Positions 1 through 9,367 of a stretch of DNA of 64,000 nucleotides are shown here, one piece after another. The first letter of the stretch is position 1. The number at the start of each line of letters is the position of its first letter. Source of the DNA: Candidatus Latescibacterota bacterium (GTDB lineage: Bacteria; Latescibacterota; UBA2968; UBA8231); contig OZ242214.1 of the NCBI GenBank assembly GCA_965206595.1, forward strand, positions 5,504,001 through 5,568,000. Reading direction: 5' to 3'. A program made the position numbers and the translations under genes. The notes beneath the pieces were generated by a model. It did no database searches, was not told the origin of the DNA, and saw only the letters and a list, made by a program, of their open reading frames with translations.

Positions 1-884
1 TCGATGGCGGCCACCACCTCCCGCCCGCCGAAGGGCCCCAGGGCGGGGGCAGGCAGCGTCTCGAAGTACTCGAGGAGCTCGGCGCAGCCGCACAGGATCC
101 AGGCGAGGCCGCGGGTCCAGGTGGAGAACGGGGAATACCCCTGCTGCGTGCTGGGGCAGCGGTAGTTGCCGTCGCGGGTGTTGAAGATCGACTCGTGGGC
201 GACGCGGCCGTCGACGTCGAAGGCGTCGCGCCCCTCGCCGTAGTAGACGTTGAATTCGCAGGTGGTGAGGGCGTGGTCGACGGCGCGCCCGAGAAGGCCG
301 ATGCGCCGGTCTCCCTCGCCCATCAGCACGTGGCCGAGGCGGTCGGCGAGGCAGAGGATGCGCAGCGAGCGCATGGTGTCGGAGAACAGCGAGTGCGGCC
401 CGTTGAAGGAGTGGATGAACCCCCTGCCTGCGGCCGTCTCCGTCCAGCGCGCCGCCTGCACCGCCCCGGAAAGCTTGACGGCGAGCTCGTAGAGAGAAAG
501 CTCGCTCCGGTCCATCGCCAGGCGTCCCTCGAGCATCAGGCGCCGCAGGTTGCCGTAGGTCGACAGGTTGTTGAAGCCGTGGTCGTGGACGCCGACGTGG
601 GAGACGTGCGGCGCCATCCTGGCGATGGTGGCGCCGCGGCCGATGTCGAGAAACTCCTCCTCGCCGGTCATGTCGTACTGGAGGATGGCGCATCCGTAAT
701 GGAAGCCCTGGGTCCACTCCGTCCAGCCGCGCGTCGTGTAGCGGCCCTCCTGTGTGAAGACCGGGGTGCCGCGGCCGGCGTCCCAGGTGCGGTCGAGGTC
801 GCGGATCTTGGCGGCCGCCAGATTGAGCAGCCGGTCGGTGGCCGGCAGCAGGGCGGAGGGGGTCCGGGTGGGGTCGATTTTCAT
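1..884 (-). CDS. GH88/unsaturated glucuronyl hydrolase-like glycoside hydrolase, runs off the left edge
   Basis: Not in the ORF track. Manual minus-strand translation from ATG at 884: MKIDPTRTPSALL...GWTEWTQGFHYG...HDHGFNNLSTYGNL..., later TWTRGLAW, which are GH88-like motifs. Confidence 0.75.
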   Translation of the reverse strand, partial: MKIDPTRTPSALLPATDRLLNLAAAKIRDLDRTWDAGRGTPVFTQEGRYTTRGWTEWTQGFHYGCAILQYDMTGEEEFLDIGRGATIARMAPHVSHVGVHDHGFNNLSTYGNLRRLMLEGRLAMDRSELSLYELAVKLSGAVQAARWTETAAGRGFIHSFNGPHSLFSDTMRSLRILCLADRLGHVLMGEGDRRIGLLGRAVDHALTTCEFNVYYGEGRDAFDVDGRVAHESIFNTRDGNYRCPSTQQGYSPFSTWTRGLAWILCGCAELLEYFETLPAPALGPFGGREVVAAI

Positions 885-1002
885 TTGTTACGGGGAACCG
901 TTCGGGAAAGGAACGAACAATGGTAGGTACAGCCCGCTGGAACAGTCCACTCCGATTCCGGATCGAAGCAGGCATCCAACCGGGAGCGGTGGCGGCGTGC
1001 GT

Positions 1003-2322
1003 TCACCCTTCCTGCGGTGGGCGCAGAATGCGTTTCAGCTCGCCCCTAATGTGCCGCTGAACCGTTCTGACGAACCTTTCGGTGCTGATTCCCTGGCGCC
1101 GGGTTTCCAGGCCGAAGGGTCCGAAACCGAACAGGACTTTGTCGGCTGCGTGCTGCTCCGGGTCGTCGAAATAGCGAGGCGCGGTTCCGCGCAGGGCAGC
1201 CGGAAGATCATCTCCTTCCGTGCGGTACACGATCGGATTGGCCAGGATCGCAAGAGGGCGATCGCCAGCCAGCCTCGTCGGATTTCGGGGCATCGGTTCG
1301 TCCCCCATCTGCACGACCTCCTTCGATTCCGGCGCCCAGGACGCGATCCGGTAGGTTGGGCCGGGAGTGACCCATTCCTCGATGAATTCCCGGGCCGCGG
1401 CATATTCGTGCCACTTCTTCAAAGCCAGCAGGTAACTCTCCGGAAATCCCGTTTCCTCCCGGGATTCGTCGGCTCTGCCTCGGAGGCGCAGATCGTTGAA
1501 GACCACGAACCAGTGGGCGAAAGCCCGCAACCCCCTGGAGAGGGGAATCACGTCATCCCGGGCCGGGGCGTGGCACCCGTCGACGACCACTATGTGAGGC
1601 ATTTCACGACTGAGCCCGGCGACCGTCGTTTTCGGAAGCGGAGAGGGGACGCTCATACGCGTCGATGTCCCGGAGCGCACGCGGTGATACTCTATGGAGA
1701 ACCCGTCCTGAAGGTATTCCTCGAGCGGTTCGACAAACCACTGGCGCCCGAACCGATCGTTGCCGATCACCAGTATTTCGCGGGAGGTTCGAGCCCTGAA
1801 ATCCTGCAGAAAATCCAGGAAACCGGCGGCCTCGAAGGCAGCGCGCCCGACTTCCACACGCTGGCGTTCGTCCAGACGACACTCCTCTTCCACCTGATCC
1901 GAAAGCTCTCCGAGCTCGTTGAAAATCCGGTAGATCTCCATGGTGGAGAGCGGGGCGGGATAACGGCCCTGCAGCTCGTAGGTGAGGGGTTCGACAACCC
2001 GGGTGTACTCGTATTCGAAGCGACGGAATTCGAGGTCTCTTTGCAAGGTATCGCTCAGCTCGAAACGTCCGTTGCGGGTCTCGTCGCGCAGGTGGCTCAA
2101 GTGATCGAGCAGGGGTTCGAAATCGGATTTCCGGGAGAGATACCGGGTCAGTGCCGGGGTGAGAACGGTTCCGTCGTGGTTGGTTTTGTGGTATCGACCG
2201 ATCCACTCTTCCAGTGTGTCGAAGCGACGGGCAACCTCGTCCCGCTGGTAGTGGGCGCAGAGCTGCTCGAGGTGCGCGCTCGCGAGTTCGTCATCCACGT
2301 ATCTGGTGAGATTACCCTGCAT
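1003..2322 (-). CDS. Hypothetical protein, 439 aa
   Basis: Protein-like composition and strong RBS AGGAGGAA upstream of the ATG; no family recognised. Confidence 0.75.
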   Translation of the reverse strand: MQGNLTRYVDDELASAHLEQLCAHYQRDEVARRFDTLEEWIGRYHKTNHDGTVLTPALTRYLSRKSDFEPLLDHLSHLRDETRNGRFELSDTLQRDLEFRRFEYEYTRVVEPLTYELQGRYPAPLSTMEIYRIFNELGELSDQVEEECRLDERQRVEVGRAAFEAAGFLDFLQDFRARTSREILVIGNDRFGRQWFVEPLEEYLQDGFSIEYHRVRSGTSTRMSVPSPLPKTTVAGLSREMPHIVVVDGCHAPARDDVIPLSRGLRAFAHWFVVFNDLRLRGRADESREETGFPESYLLALKKWHEYAAAREFIEEWVTPGPTYRIASWAPESKEVVQMGDEPMPRNPTRLAGDRPLAILANPIVYRTEGDDLPAALRGTAPRYFDDPEQHAADKVLFGFGPFGLETRRQGISTERFVRTVQRHIRGELKRILRPPQEG

Positions 2323-2404
2323 CGGTGCTTCCTCCTGATAGTAAAATCAGGAAGACGGTCCGCGCTGGAAAAGCCGTTTCAGGTGCGGCGCATCGGTTCC
2401 GGAG

Positions 2405-2748
2405 AACGGCACAGCGCCGGACGCCGGCAAAGGGTGCACGGCAAAGGCCCTGATCGCGGGTTTGATCGGTGCGGTCTGCCTCGGTCTCGGGTCGACCTAC
2501 AACGACATGGTCATCCGGGGCACCTTTCTCGCCACCTGGAACCTGACGCAGGCGGCCACCTTCCTCTTCTTCGTGCTGGTCGCCGGCGTCAATGTCATCC
2601 TGCGGCTGATCCATCCCAGGCTGGTCCTCGAGCGGGGCGAACTGGCCGTTGCCTACTTCCTCATACTGATGCCAACACCCTGACCGGCCGCGCCTTCTCG
2701 GCCATGGTCCTGCCGGTGATCACGGGGGCGTATTACTACGACACACCC
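2405..2748 (+). pseudogene. N-terminal remnant of a multi-TM membrane protein (DUF6785-like putative transporter)
   Basis: Reads KALIAGLIGAVCLGLGSTYNDMVIRG...GELAVAYFLILM, then a 1-nt frameshift near 2670 into ANTLTGRAFSAMVLPVITGAYYYDTP, then similarity ends. Confidence 0.55.
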
Positions 2749-3016
2749 AGCGCACGCCATCCTCGGACAGGGCGTAGCACATGCACGATTTGTCATCCGG
2801 TCCGTAACAGGCGCCGCCCTGGTACCACGCCCTGAGCAGCCCCTCGCCTTCATCGAAAATCACGATTCCGGTATCAACGAAGGCGGCGTCCCGTTCCCAC
2901 GGACGGTCGGCGTGAATCACCGGATTGCCCGCGTGTGGCTCTGCCTGCTGAAACCGGCGGGTCAGGCCGTTCATTTCAGCGATGAAGCGATCGTCGATGA
3001 ACAGCTCCTTGCGCAT
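2720..3016 (-). pseudogene. N-terminal remnant of a beta-propeller glycoside hydrolase-like gene
   Basis: MRKELFIDD...NPVIHADRPWE...RAWY...CYALSEDGVRW with RBS GGAAGGAAAGG; truncated right after the first SxDGxxW box. Confidence 0.6.
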
Positions 3017-3154
3017 GACCTTTCCTTCCACCGCATTGAATGGAACCACTCCGGCCCCGAAGGACTCACGCCTCCAAGGCGGTCTTCACTCAGTGTACTT
3101 CAATGTGAGCTGCCCGAGGTCGGTCAGGCCAGCCGCGCCGTGCCCGGACACTTG

Positions 3155-3380
3155 GCCTCTCCCCGTTGGAATCGAGCTGGGCGCGGAGATGGAGGTGTTC
3201 TCGCCGAACGGTGGTTGCCGTTCCCCCCCGGTTCACGGTCGGGGCCGCCGCTGCCACTGCGGCCAACTCACCATCCTGCGTTCGAAATCGTCCGGGGCGC
3301 TGAACGGCAGATCATACAGATGCACGGCGTACGGCGCGAAGGAATCTTCGATGACTCCGTCGGCAACGTCGACGAGCCGG
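3155..3380. repeat. Diverged direct repeat, copy 1 (copy 2 at 10468-10693)
   Basis: By-eye alignment of about 226 bp covering the 3' end of the 3233-4492 gene plus its downstream spacer and RBS. Confidence 0.9.
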
Positions 3381-4492
3381 TACTCGGAACGGACCGCTGC
3401 CCGCGTCGCGATGCCTTCCACGGGAATCCGGATGCGGGCTTTTACCGGCGAGTCGAACCCGTTGACGGCGATCAGCAGGTACCCGCGCTCGGCCTTGCGC
3501 AGCGACAGGTGCAACGCCGTGTAGCCGAAGTGGGAGGGTTCAGCGGACCCTTCGACGATCTCCGCCGCGACGGAAACCGGCTCTTCCCCGGCGACGAGAT
3601 AGGGCGCCAGACCGCGCAGTTCGGCCGTCAGGTCGAGAAACTGCGCATAGTAGGCCGGCTCCGACTCCCGCGGCCACCAATCGAGGGCGTGGTAGGCGAA
3701 ATGGAGGACGCCGACGATGCCGTGGGCGATGGACAGGTAGGTCATGCAGCGGACCTCTTCCATGTTCGGAGCGCGCTCCTGGTCCGCGCTCTGCATCGAC
3801 ATCTGTATGTACATCCAGCCGGGCTTGCCCGCGGCGCCGTTTACGACTGCCTCGGAATTTTGCGCGACGTGGGTCAGGGGATAGTCGGGAACCGGGTAGA
3901 CGTCGTCGGAGTGGATGTCCGCCACATCCCGGTATTCCCGGTGGTCCTTTTCGTACCCGTAGGCCAGGTTGAGCCAGACCGGGTGATCGGGATCGAGCCG
4001 TTTGATCAGATCGTACACCGGCTTGAAGTCTTCCGGGGGCATCTTGTAGGGGAGGTCGAGGTGGGGCGTTCCCTCCGGTCCGGCGGTGCGGATGTTGGGC
4101 TCGTCCTCCAGCTCCCAGACCAGCAGACCGGGGGCGTCGCGGCAGGCCAGGACGATCTGCTCGGTCGTCTCGAGATCTTTCCAGATTCCATTGCTGAGTG
4201 AAGCCAGCGAGTACAGGCCGTTGGCCCAGGCGTCGTCGATGTCCATGCGGAAGGACTGCGGGTTTTCTCTCAGGCCGTGGGTGACGACGGCGTTGAAACC
4301 CATCTCCGCGGCCTCGGGCAGCGAAAAGTGGTTGTGGGCGACGTGGCTCGTGCCGACCAGGAAGAACGGCTCCCCGTTCACGTATACATTGCCGTCGCGG
4401 ACTGCGACTCTTTCCACCGGCGGAGGTTGTTTCGCCCACGAAGGCATGCCGCTAAGAATCACGGCGCACAGGATGGCGTGCACTGGTCTCAT
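3233..4492 (-). CDS. Secreted glycoside hydrolase-like TIM-barrel protein (clan GH-A-like)
   Basis: Signal peptide MRPVHAILCAVILSGMPSWA; VNGEPFF, GFN, WELEDEPN (acid/base-like), DPDHPVWLN, DVYP motifs. Confidence 0.7.
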   Translation of the reverse strand: MRPVHAILCAVILSGMPSWAKQPPPVERVAVRDGNVYVNGEPFFLVGTSHVAHNHFSLPEAAEMGFNAVVTHGLRENPQSFRMDIDDAWANGLYSLASLSNGIWKDLETTEQIVLACRDAPGLLVWELEDEPNIRTAGPEGTPHLDLPYKMPPEDFKPVYDLIKRLDPDHPVWLNLAYGYEKDHREYRDVADIHSDDVYPVPDYPLTHVAQNSEAVVNGAAGKPGWMYIQMSMQSADQERAPNMEEVRCMTYLSIAHGIVGVLHFAYHALDWWPRESEPAYYAQFLDLTAELRGLAPYLVAGEEPVSVAAEIVEGSAEPSHFGYTALHLSLRKAERGYLLIAVNGFDSPVKARIRIPVEGIATRAAVRSEYRLVDVADGVIEDSFAPYAVHLYDLPFSAPDDFERRMVSWPQWQRRPRP

Positions 4493-4561
4493 ATGGTTCC
4501 CCTGCGGAATACTGAACGACACCGGGCGTTCGGCCGCGGTACCATCCGCACGTACGAGCCG

Positions 4562-5542
4562 TCATTGGTCGGAAGCAGCCGAGGTGGCGCTCGCGATGCG
4601 CCAGCGTCCCTCGAGATCACAGGCTTCATAGAACATGCGGAAGCGGCCGTCGGCAAGGTCGATCACACATGGCTCCGAAGCCTTGGCGGCGTCCCAGCGC
4701 CCGCCGTTGTCGAGGCAGATACCGGGGTCTTTCCGCCAGTGCAGCCCGTCGTCGGAGAGGGCGCTGAAGATTCTGCCGTGGAATTTCGATCCTGCCGGTA
4801 CTTCTGGGGCGGACACCCAGCCGGCATAATACATCCGGTAGCCGCCAGTGCCCAGGTGCAGGACTTCGGGTGCGTAGACCTCGTATGCTTCCAGCTTTTT
4901 CTCCCGGGCAATGCGAAACCCAGGCTCCATTTCGAAATGCAGGCCGTCGTCGGACACGGCGCTGACGATATGGTGATCGCCGAAATCGCTGGCGTAGAGG
5001 CGGTACCGGGGGCCGTCTGCGCCCGGACCCGGGTCGAGATACAGGCACCGCGGGGCCCCGTAGGAGCCGATGCCGGCCCCCAGCCGAACGCCCGCTTCCT
5101 TTTCCCAGACGAGACCGTCAGGCGACACGGCGCTGACGATGGCGCTCCTGACTTCTCCTCCGCCGGCCTCCTCGGTCTTGCCCTCGTAATACATCCTGTA
5201 GCTGCCATCCTCCAGGGGAATCACGTCGGGGCTCCAGATGTAATGCTCTGCTCCCTCCCCCCCTGCATCCATCCTGACCCCGGGCTCCTTCTCCCATTGT
5301 TGGGCGTCTCTGGAAAAGGCACTGAGGACATACCCCTTCGATTCGGCGTTCGGACGCTGCGGCCCGAAGCCGTGGTAGTACATCCGGTAGCCGTTTTCCA
5401 TCCTGACCACGTTCGGCGTGAGAGTCCGGACTGAATCCAGAGGGCCGTCGGAATCGATGGCGATGCCGGGATCCTTGATCCACCCGGCCCCGGGATCCAC
5501 TTCCTGGTAATGGACTGATTTTACCGCGGTATCGATTTCCAT
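4562..5542 (-). CDS. Five-bladed beta-propeller glycoside hydrolase-like protein
   Basis: Repeated YRMYY...SAxSxDGxxW units with PxV blade starts. Confidence 0.75.
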   Translation of the reverse strand: MEIDTAVKSVHYQEVDPGAGWIKDPGIAIDSDGPLDSVRTLTPNVVRMENGYRMYYHGFGPQRPNAESKGYVLSAFSRDAQQWEKEPGVRMDAGGEGAEHYIWSPDVIPLEDGSYRMYYEGKTEEAGGGEVRSAIVSAVSPDGLVWEKEAGVRLGAGIGSYGAPRCLYLDPGPGADGPRYRLYASDFGDHHIVSAVSDDGLHFEMEPGFRIAREKKLEAYEVYAPEVLHLGTGGYRMYYAGWVSAPEVPAGSKFHGRIFSALSDDGLHWRKDPGICLDNGGRWDAAKASEPCVIDLADGRFRMFYEACDLEGRWRIASATSAASDQ

Positions 5543-5672
5543 CGCCGTCCTTTCAAATCAGGGAGCAGCCCTGCCCGGGCATTCACTGCAAGCCGCCGTG
5601 GAGTTAAAGAAAACCGTATCCCGCCAGGATCGCGAAGTCAGGGGAATCGTTTCGGGAGGGGGGCCGCAGGGC

Positions 5673-7652
5673 TCAGGCCAGCGAGGTCCGCACTACGTGC
5701 GCTCCTTCGTTGATGGCATCGAAGAAGTTGCGCACCTGCACACAGTCTCCCGCCATCAACAACTCGCATCCCAGGCCGGCTTCCTCGATGGCGCGCTTGA
5801 GTTCCCGGCGCGGCCGGTAGCCTCTGCTGACGATCAGCTTGTCGACGGGGTGGGCCTGCTCGCGGCCATCGGCCCCTTCGAGGATTGCGGTACCGTCTTC
5901 GACGGCCGTGAGCTCGCTCGAAGCCAGCACCCTTACTCCGGATTCCCGCGTGCCCTTGATCAGCAGGGCGAGGTTGGTTCCGTGTTCCTCCAGGTTGCCG
6001 ACTTCGTTTTCGCTGCGGCGGGAAACCATGGTGACGGATCTGCCCTGGGCAGCGGCGTGCCAGGCCGTTTCGTATCCGACCAGGCCGGCGCCGAGCACCA
6101 TGACCCGTTCCCCGATGTCGAGCTCATCCCAGCGCACGAGCGCGTCGATCGCCGTCACCACACAGTCGTCGTCGATGCCAGGCACATCGGGAAGGATTGC
6201 CTCTCCCCCCGTAGCCAGGACCACGGCATCGGCGCCCTCTTCCCCTAGGGTATCGACGGTCACCTCGGCGCCGAGCCGTACATCGAGTCCCGTCCTTTCC
6301 ACCTCGACTTCGTAATACTCGAGCAGTCGCTTGATGTCCCACTTGAACTCCGGTATCGATGCGGAGATCATCTCGCCCCCGAGAACATCGCGTCTCTCGA
6401 AAACGACCACGTCGTGACCCATCTCCCTGGCGCGCAGACCTGCCTCGAGCCCGGTCGGACCCGCTCCGACGACCACGACCCTCCTGGCGCGAGCCGCCTT
6501 TTCGAAGGAGACGGTATTCTCGCGGCCGACCATGGGATTGGTAGTGCACTGGATTCCCCCGCGGTCCATCACGACGAAGGTGTGGCAGAAGTTGCAGCGG
6601 ATGCAGGGAGCGATGTTCTCGCCGAGCCGCGCCTTTCTCGCCCAGTGCCCGTCGGCTATGAGGGTGCGCCCCAGGGCGACCATGTCGGCATGGCCCTCGG
6701 CGATGATCTGCTCCGCATCGACGGGATCGGTGATGCCGCCCGTGGCGATCACCGGCACCCGGGCACCGCTGTTCTTCACCTCGGCGGCGAGGTCGACGAG
6801 CGTGTTCGGCTTTATGTAGAGCGGCGGGACCGAGGGGTGGGTGCACTCGACGAACCCCTTCACTTTCATGATCGTCGACGACGTGGTGGCCACGTGCAGG
6901 TAGGCGACCCCGATATCCTCCATGTACTTCGCTACCTGCAGGTGGTCGTCGTCCGTTTCGCCGACGTCGTAGCGATCGTTGACCCCACCGTGCAGATGCT
7001 CGTGGGCGCTGAACTTGAAGCCGATGGGGAAGCCGTCGCCGCAGACTTGGCGGATTCCGGCGATGACGTCGGTAGAGAACTTCATCCGCCGCTGGAAATC
7101 GCCGCCGTACTCGTCGTCGCGGCGATTGGTGTGGGGCGAGATGAACTGGCCGCCGAGGTAGGAGTGCGCGCAGTGGTACTCGACCCCGTCGAAACCGGCC
7201 CTCTGCGCCCGCTCCGCCCCGCGCACGAAGCATTCGACCATTTGTTCGATCTCGGAGACCGTCATCTCCCGCGGCACCTGCTCGTACAGCTCGCTTTCGA
7301 CCGCTGACGGTGCGAACGGCTCCACGTAGGACTTCCCCCCGAGGGCGGCTATCTGCATGAAGACCGGAGCCCCGGCCGCGTGCACGGCTTCGGAAATACG
7401 CGAGAGGCCGGGTATGAACCTGTCGTCCCAGACAGAGGTGGTGATCACCCTCTTTTCCGGCACCACCGAGGTGAACTCGGTGATCAGCAGCCCCGTCTCT
7501 CCCCGGGCCCTGTCCACCAGAAAGTCGATGTAGCGATCGGTCACCTCGCCATTCGGGCCGTGCAGCCCGACGTCGAGCGGGGCCAGAACCACGCGGTTCT
7601 TCACCTCCAGCGAGCCGACCCGGATGGGCGTGAACAGATGATGCAGAGCCAT
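5673..7652 (-). CDS. NADH:flavin oxidoreductase (Old Yellow Enzyme barrel + 4Fe-4S + FAD/NAD domain; BaiCD/DCR-like)
   Basis: KNRVVLAP, AGFDGVEYHCAHSYL, TNRRDDEYGG, CIRCNFC...C cluster motif, VVVGAGPTG Rossmann motif. Confidence 0.9.
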   Translation of the reverse strand: MALHHLFTPIRVGSLEVKNRVVLAPLDVGLHGPNGEVTDRYIDFLVDRARGETGLLITEFTSVVPEKRVITTSVWDDRFIPGLSRISEAVHAAGAPVFMQIAALGGKSYVEPFAPSAVESELYEQVPREMTVSEIEQMVECFVRGAERAQRAGFDGVEYHCAHSYLGGQFISPHTNRRDDEYGGDFQRRMKFSTDVIAGIRQVCGDGFPIGFKFSAHEHLHGGVNDRYDVGETDDDHLQVAKYMEDIGVAYLHVATTSSTIMKVKGFVECTHPSVPPLYIKPNTLVDLAAEVKNSGARVPVIATGGITDPVDAEQIIAEGHADMVALGRTLIADGHWARKARLGENIAPCIRCNFCHTFVVMDRGGIQCTTNPMVGRENTVSFEKAARARRVVVVGAGPTGLEAGLRAREMGHDVVVFERRDVLGGEMISASIPEFKWDIKRLLEYYEVEVERTGLDVRLGAEVTVDTLGEEGADAVVLATGGEAILPDVPGIDDDCVVTAIDALVRWDELDIGERVMVLGAGLVGYETAWHAAAQGRSVTMVSRRSENEVGNLEEHGTNLALLIKGTRESGVRVLASSELTAVEDGTAILEGADGREQAHPVDKLIVSRGYRPRRELKRAIEEAGLGCELLMAGDCVQVRNFFDAINEGAHVVRTSLA

Positions 7653-7679
7653 GCCTGATTCCCCTCGGGCGAACCCGTT

Positions 7680-7823
7680 TTAACCGACGAGTTCCACGTC
7701 GTCGTCCCCGGCAGGGACGATCTCTTCGGTCGGTCTGTCGGTTTCCGTGCGCCACACGAGTCGGATCACCCAGATCGCCAGCAACATTTCAGCGAGAATG
7801 GTGAGCCATGCCAGTGCCGTCAT
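7680..7823 (-). CDS. Small single-TM protein, 47 aa
   Basis: MTALAWLTILAEMLLAIWVIRLVWRTETD...; ATGA overlap with the permease stop codon. Confidence 0.65.
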   Translation of the reverse strand: MTALAWLTILAEMLLAIWVIRLVWRTETDRPTEEIVPAGDDDVELVG

Positions 7824-9175
7824 GCCGCCTCCGTTGCGTTTTTTGAGCCGAACAACTGCGCTTCGGGTGTGGTGCCTTTTGCGAGGGCGGTCCTCATCCA
7901 CACGTAGTAGATCAGACCGGCGGCGGACATCGAGCACAGCAGACCGCTGAAGATCTCGTTGCCGCCGACGTAGAACCCGGTGACGAAACCGACGATCCAG
8001 GCGGCGAATGCCGCCGGGTTGAGGTTCATGTCGGCGCCGTCAACGCGCTCGTAGAGCAGCCGGCGAGCCGGAAAGGCCCAGTAGTCGAGGATGACGGTGA
8101 TGGCGATCGGGCCGACGACCCAGGAGAGGAACTGCACCCACCACAGCGCGATCTGGTCGAGCCCGAGGTAGCTGCCGATGAAGCCGACGACCCCGACGCC
8201 GACGGTCGCTAGGCGCCGCATGAACTCCTGGCTTCGGACCATCGGAATCGGCGGCGCCGAAAATGCAAGGCCGGAAGCATACGTGCCTCCCTGGACCGTG
8301 GACTGGGCGCCGAACCAGAGCGCCAGCCAAGCGAGAATGCCCAATCCCAGCGAGTTGGCGATCAGGAACAGGTTCCATTCACCTGTATGGGCGGCGCTGA
8401 TGGCGCCCCCCCAGTACTGGATCGTCACCAGGCCGACGTACGCCGTCACGATGCCGATAATTGCGTGCTTTGCGTTTTTCCAGAATCTCGCCAGGTCGGC
8501 GATGATGGTGACGCCGACGAGCCAGCCGCCCGCGGCCATGTCGAATCCGATGAATACCGGCTTGGAGGGGTCGGACCATTTGTTCCACAGGGCGCCGAAC
8601 CCGCCTGCATCGGTCAGCGTGGTCGTCAGCACCAGCAGGAAAATCGCCAGGAACCCCGGCACGGCGAACCAGTCGACGTAGGCGATCCAGCGAATGCGAA
8701 TCGCCGCGGGAATAATGAACAGCGCTCCGATGGCGACGGTCGACCACAGCCACAGGGCGCCGCCGTTCTCGGCGCCGTAATGGGCTACCAACCCGTCCCG
8801 GGTGATGTTGAGGATGAGGGCGAACCAGCCCATGTTGGTCAGTCCCATCAGGACGTTGGGCAGGATCACCCCCTTGCGGCCGAAGGTGTAGCGATACAGA
8901 AGGGCGCTGGAATACCCCGTGCGCGCGGCCGCCGACCCGATGAGGACCCCGACGATGGCATTGCACAGGGTGCCGAAGAAAATGATCGGCATCGCCATCT
9001 TCAGGGGGAACGTCTTGCCCACCATGCCCCCCACCAGGAAACTGGACAGCACCAGGACCCAGCCCCAGAGGACGACGCAGTTGGTCCAGAAACCCAGGCG
9101 ATGAGACAGAGGAACCTTTGATCGAGCGGCGTCGCCCACAGCGACCGCGCTGGATCCGGTTTTGTTCTCGGTCAC
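7820..9175 (-). CDS. NCS1 family (cytosine/purine, CodB-like) permease
   Basis: About 12 hydrophobic segments; AARTGYSSALLYRYTFGRKG, GWF, ADLARF, NPAAFAAW motifs. Confidence 0.85.
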   Translation of the reverse strand: MTENKTGSSAVAVGDAARSKVPLSHRLGFWTNCVVLWGWVLVLSSFLVGGMVGKTFPLKMAMPIIFFGTLCNAIVGVLIGSAAARTGYSSALLYRYTFGRKGVILPNVLMGLTNMGWFALILNITRDGLVAHYGAENGGALWLWSTVAIGALFIIPAAIRIRWIAYVDWFAVPGFLAIFLLVLTTTLTDAGGFGALWNKWSDPSKPVFIGFDMAAGGWLVGVTIIADLARFWKNAKHAIIGIVTAYVGLVTIQYWGGAISAAHTGEWNLFLIANSLGLGILAWLALWFGAQSTVQGGTYASGLAFSAPPIPMVRSQEFMRRLATVGVGVVGFIGSYLGLDQIALWWVQFLSWVVGPIAITVILDYWAFPARRLLYERVDGADMNLNPAAFAAWIVGFVTGFYVGGNEIFSGLLCSMSAAGLIYYVWMRTALAKGTTPEAQLFGSKNATEAA

Positions 9176-9216
9176 TTGATCTTCCCGGTCCGGTGTGAGT
9201 GAGGGAGAAATTCGGT

Positions 9217-9236
9217 AAGTGGTTTAAAGTGGTTTA
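9217..9236. promoter_or_regulatory. Perfect 10-bp tandem repeat AAGTGGTTTA x2, candidate operator of the permease operon
   Basis: AT-rich direct repeat about 40-60 bp upstream of the permease start in otherwise GC-rich DNA. Confidence 0.45.
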
Positions 9237-9367
9237 AAAAATCGGGTGGTCTCGAGCATCTCCGGGCTTGAGGCCCTCGGTGCCGAACGCGAGATCGGTC
9301 GTCCCCTCGGAGCGGAAGATGTTTCGGCCTCGGCCAGGCTGACCAGTTCCCGCATCGGAAAGTGGCG

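Noticed and set aside
754-2835. 693-aa plus-strand ORF
   Set aside because: Shadow of the 1003-2322 gene; only its tail picks up the frameshifted membrane-protein remnant.
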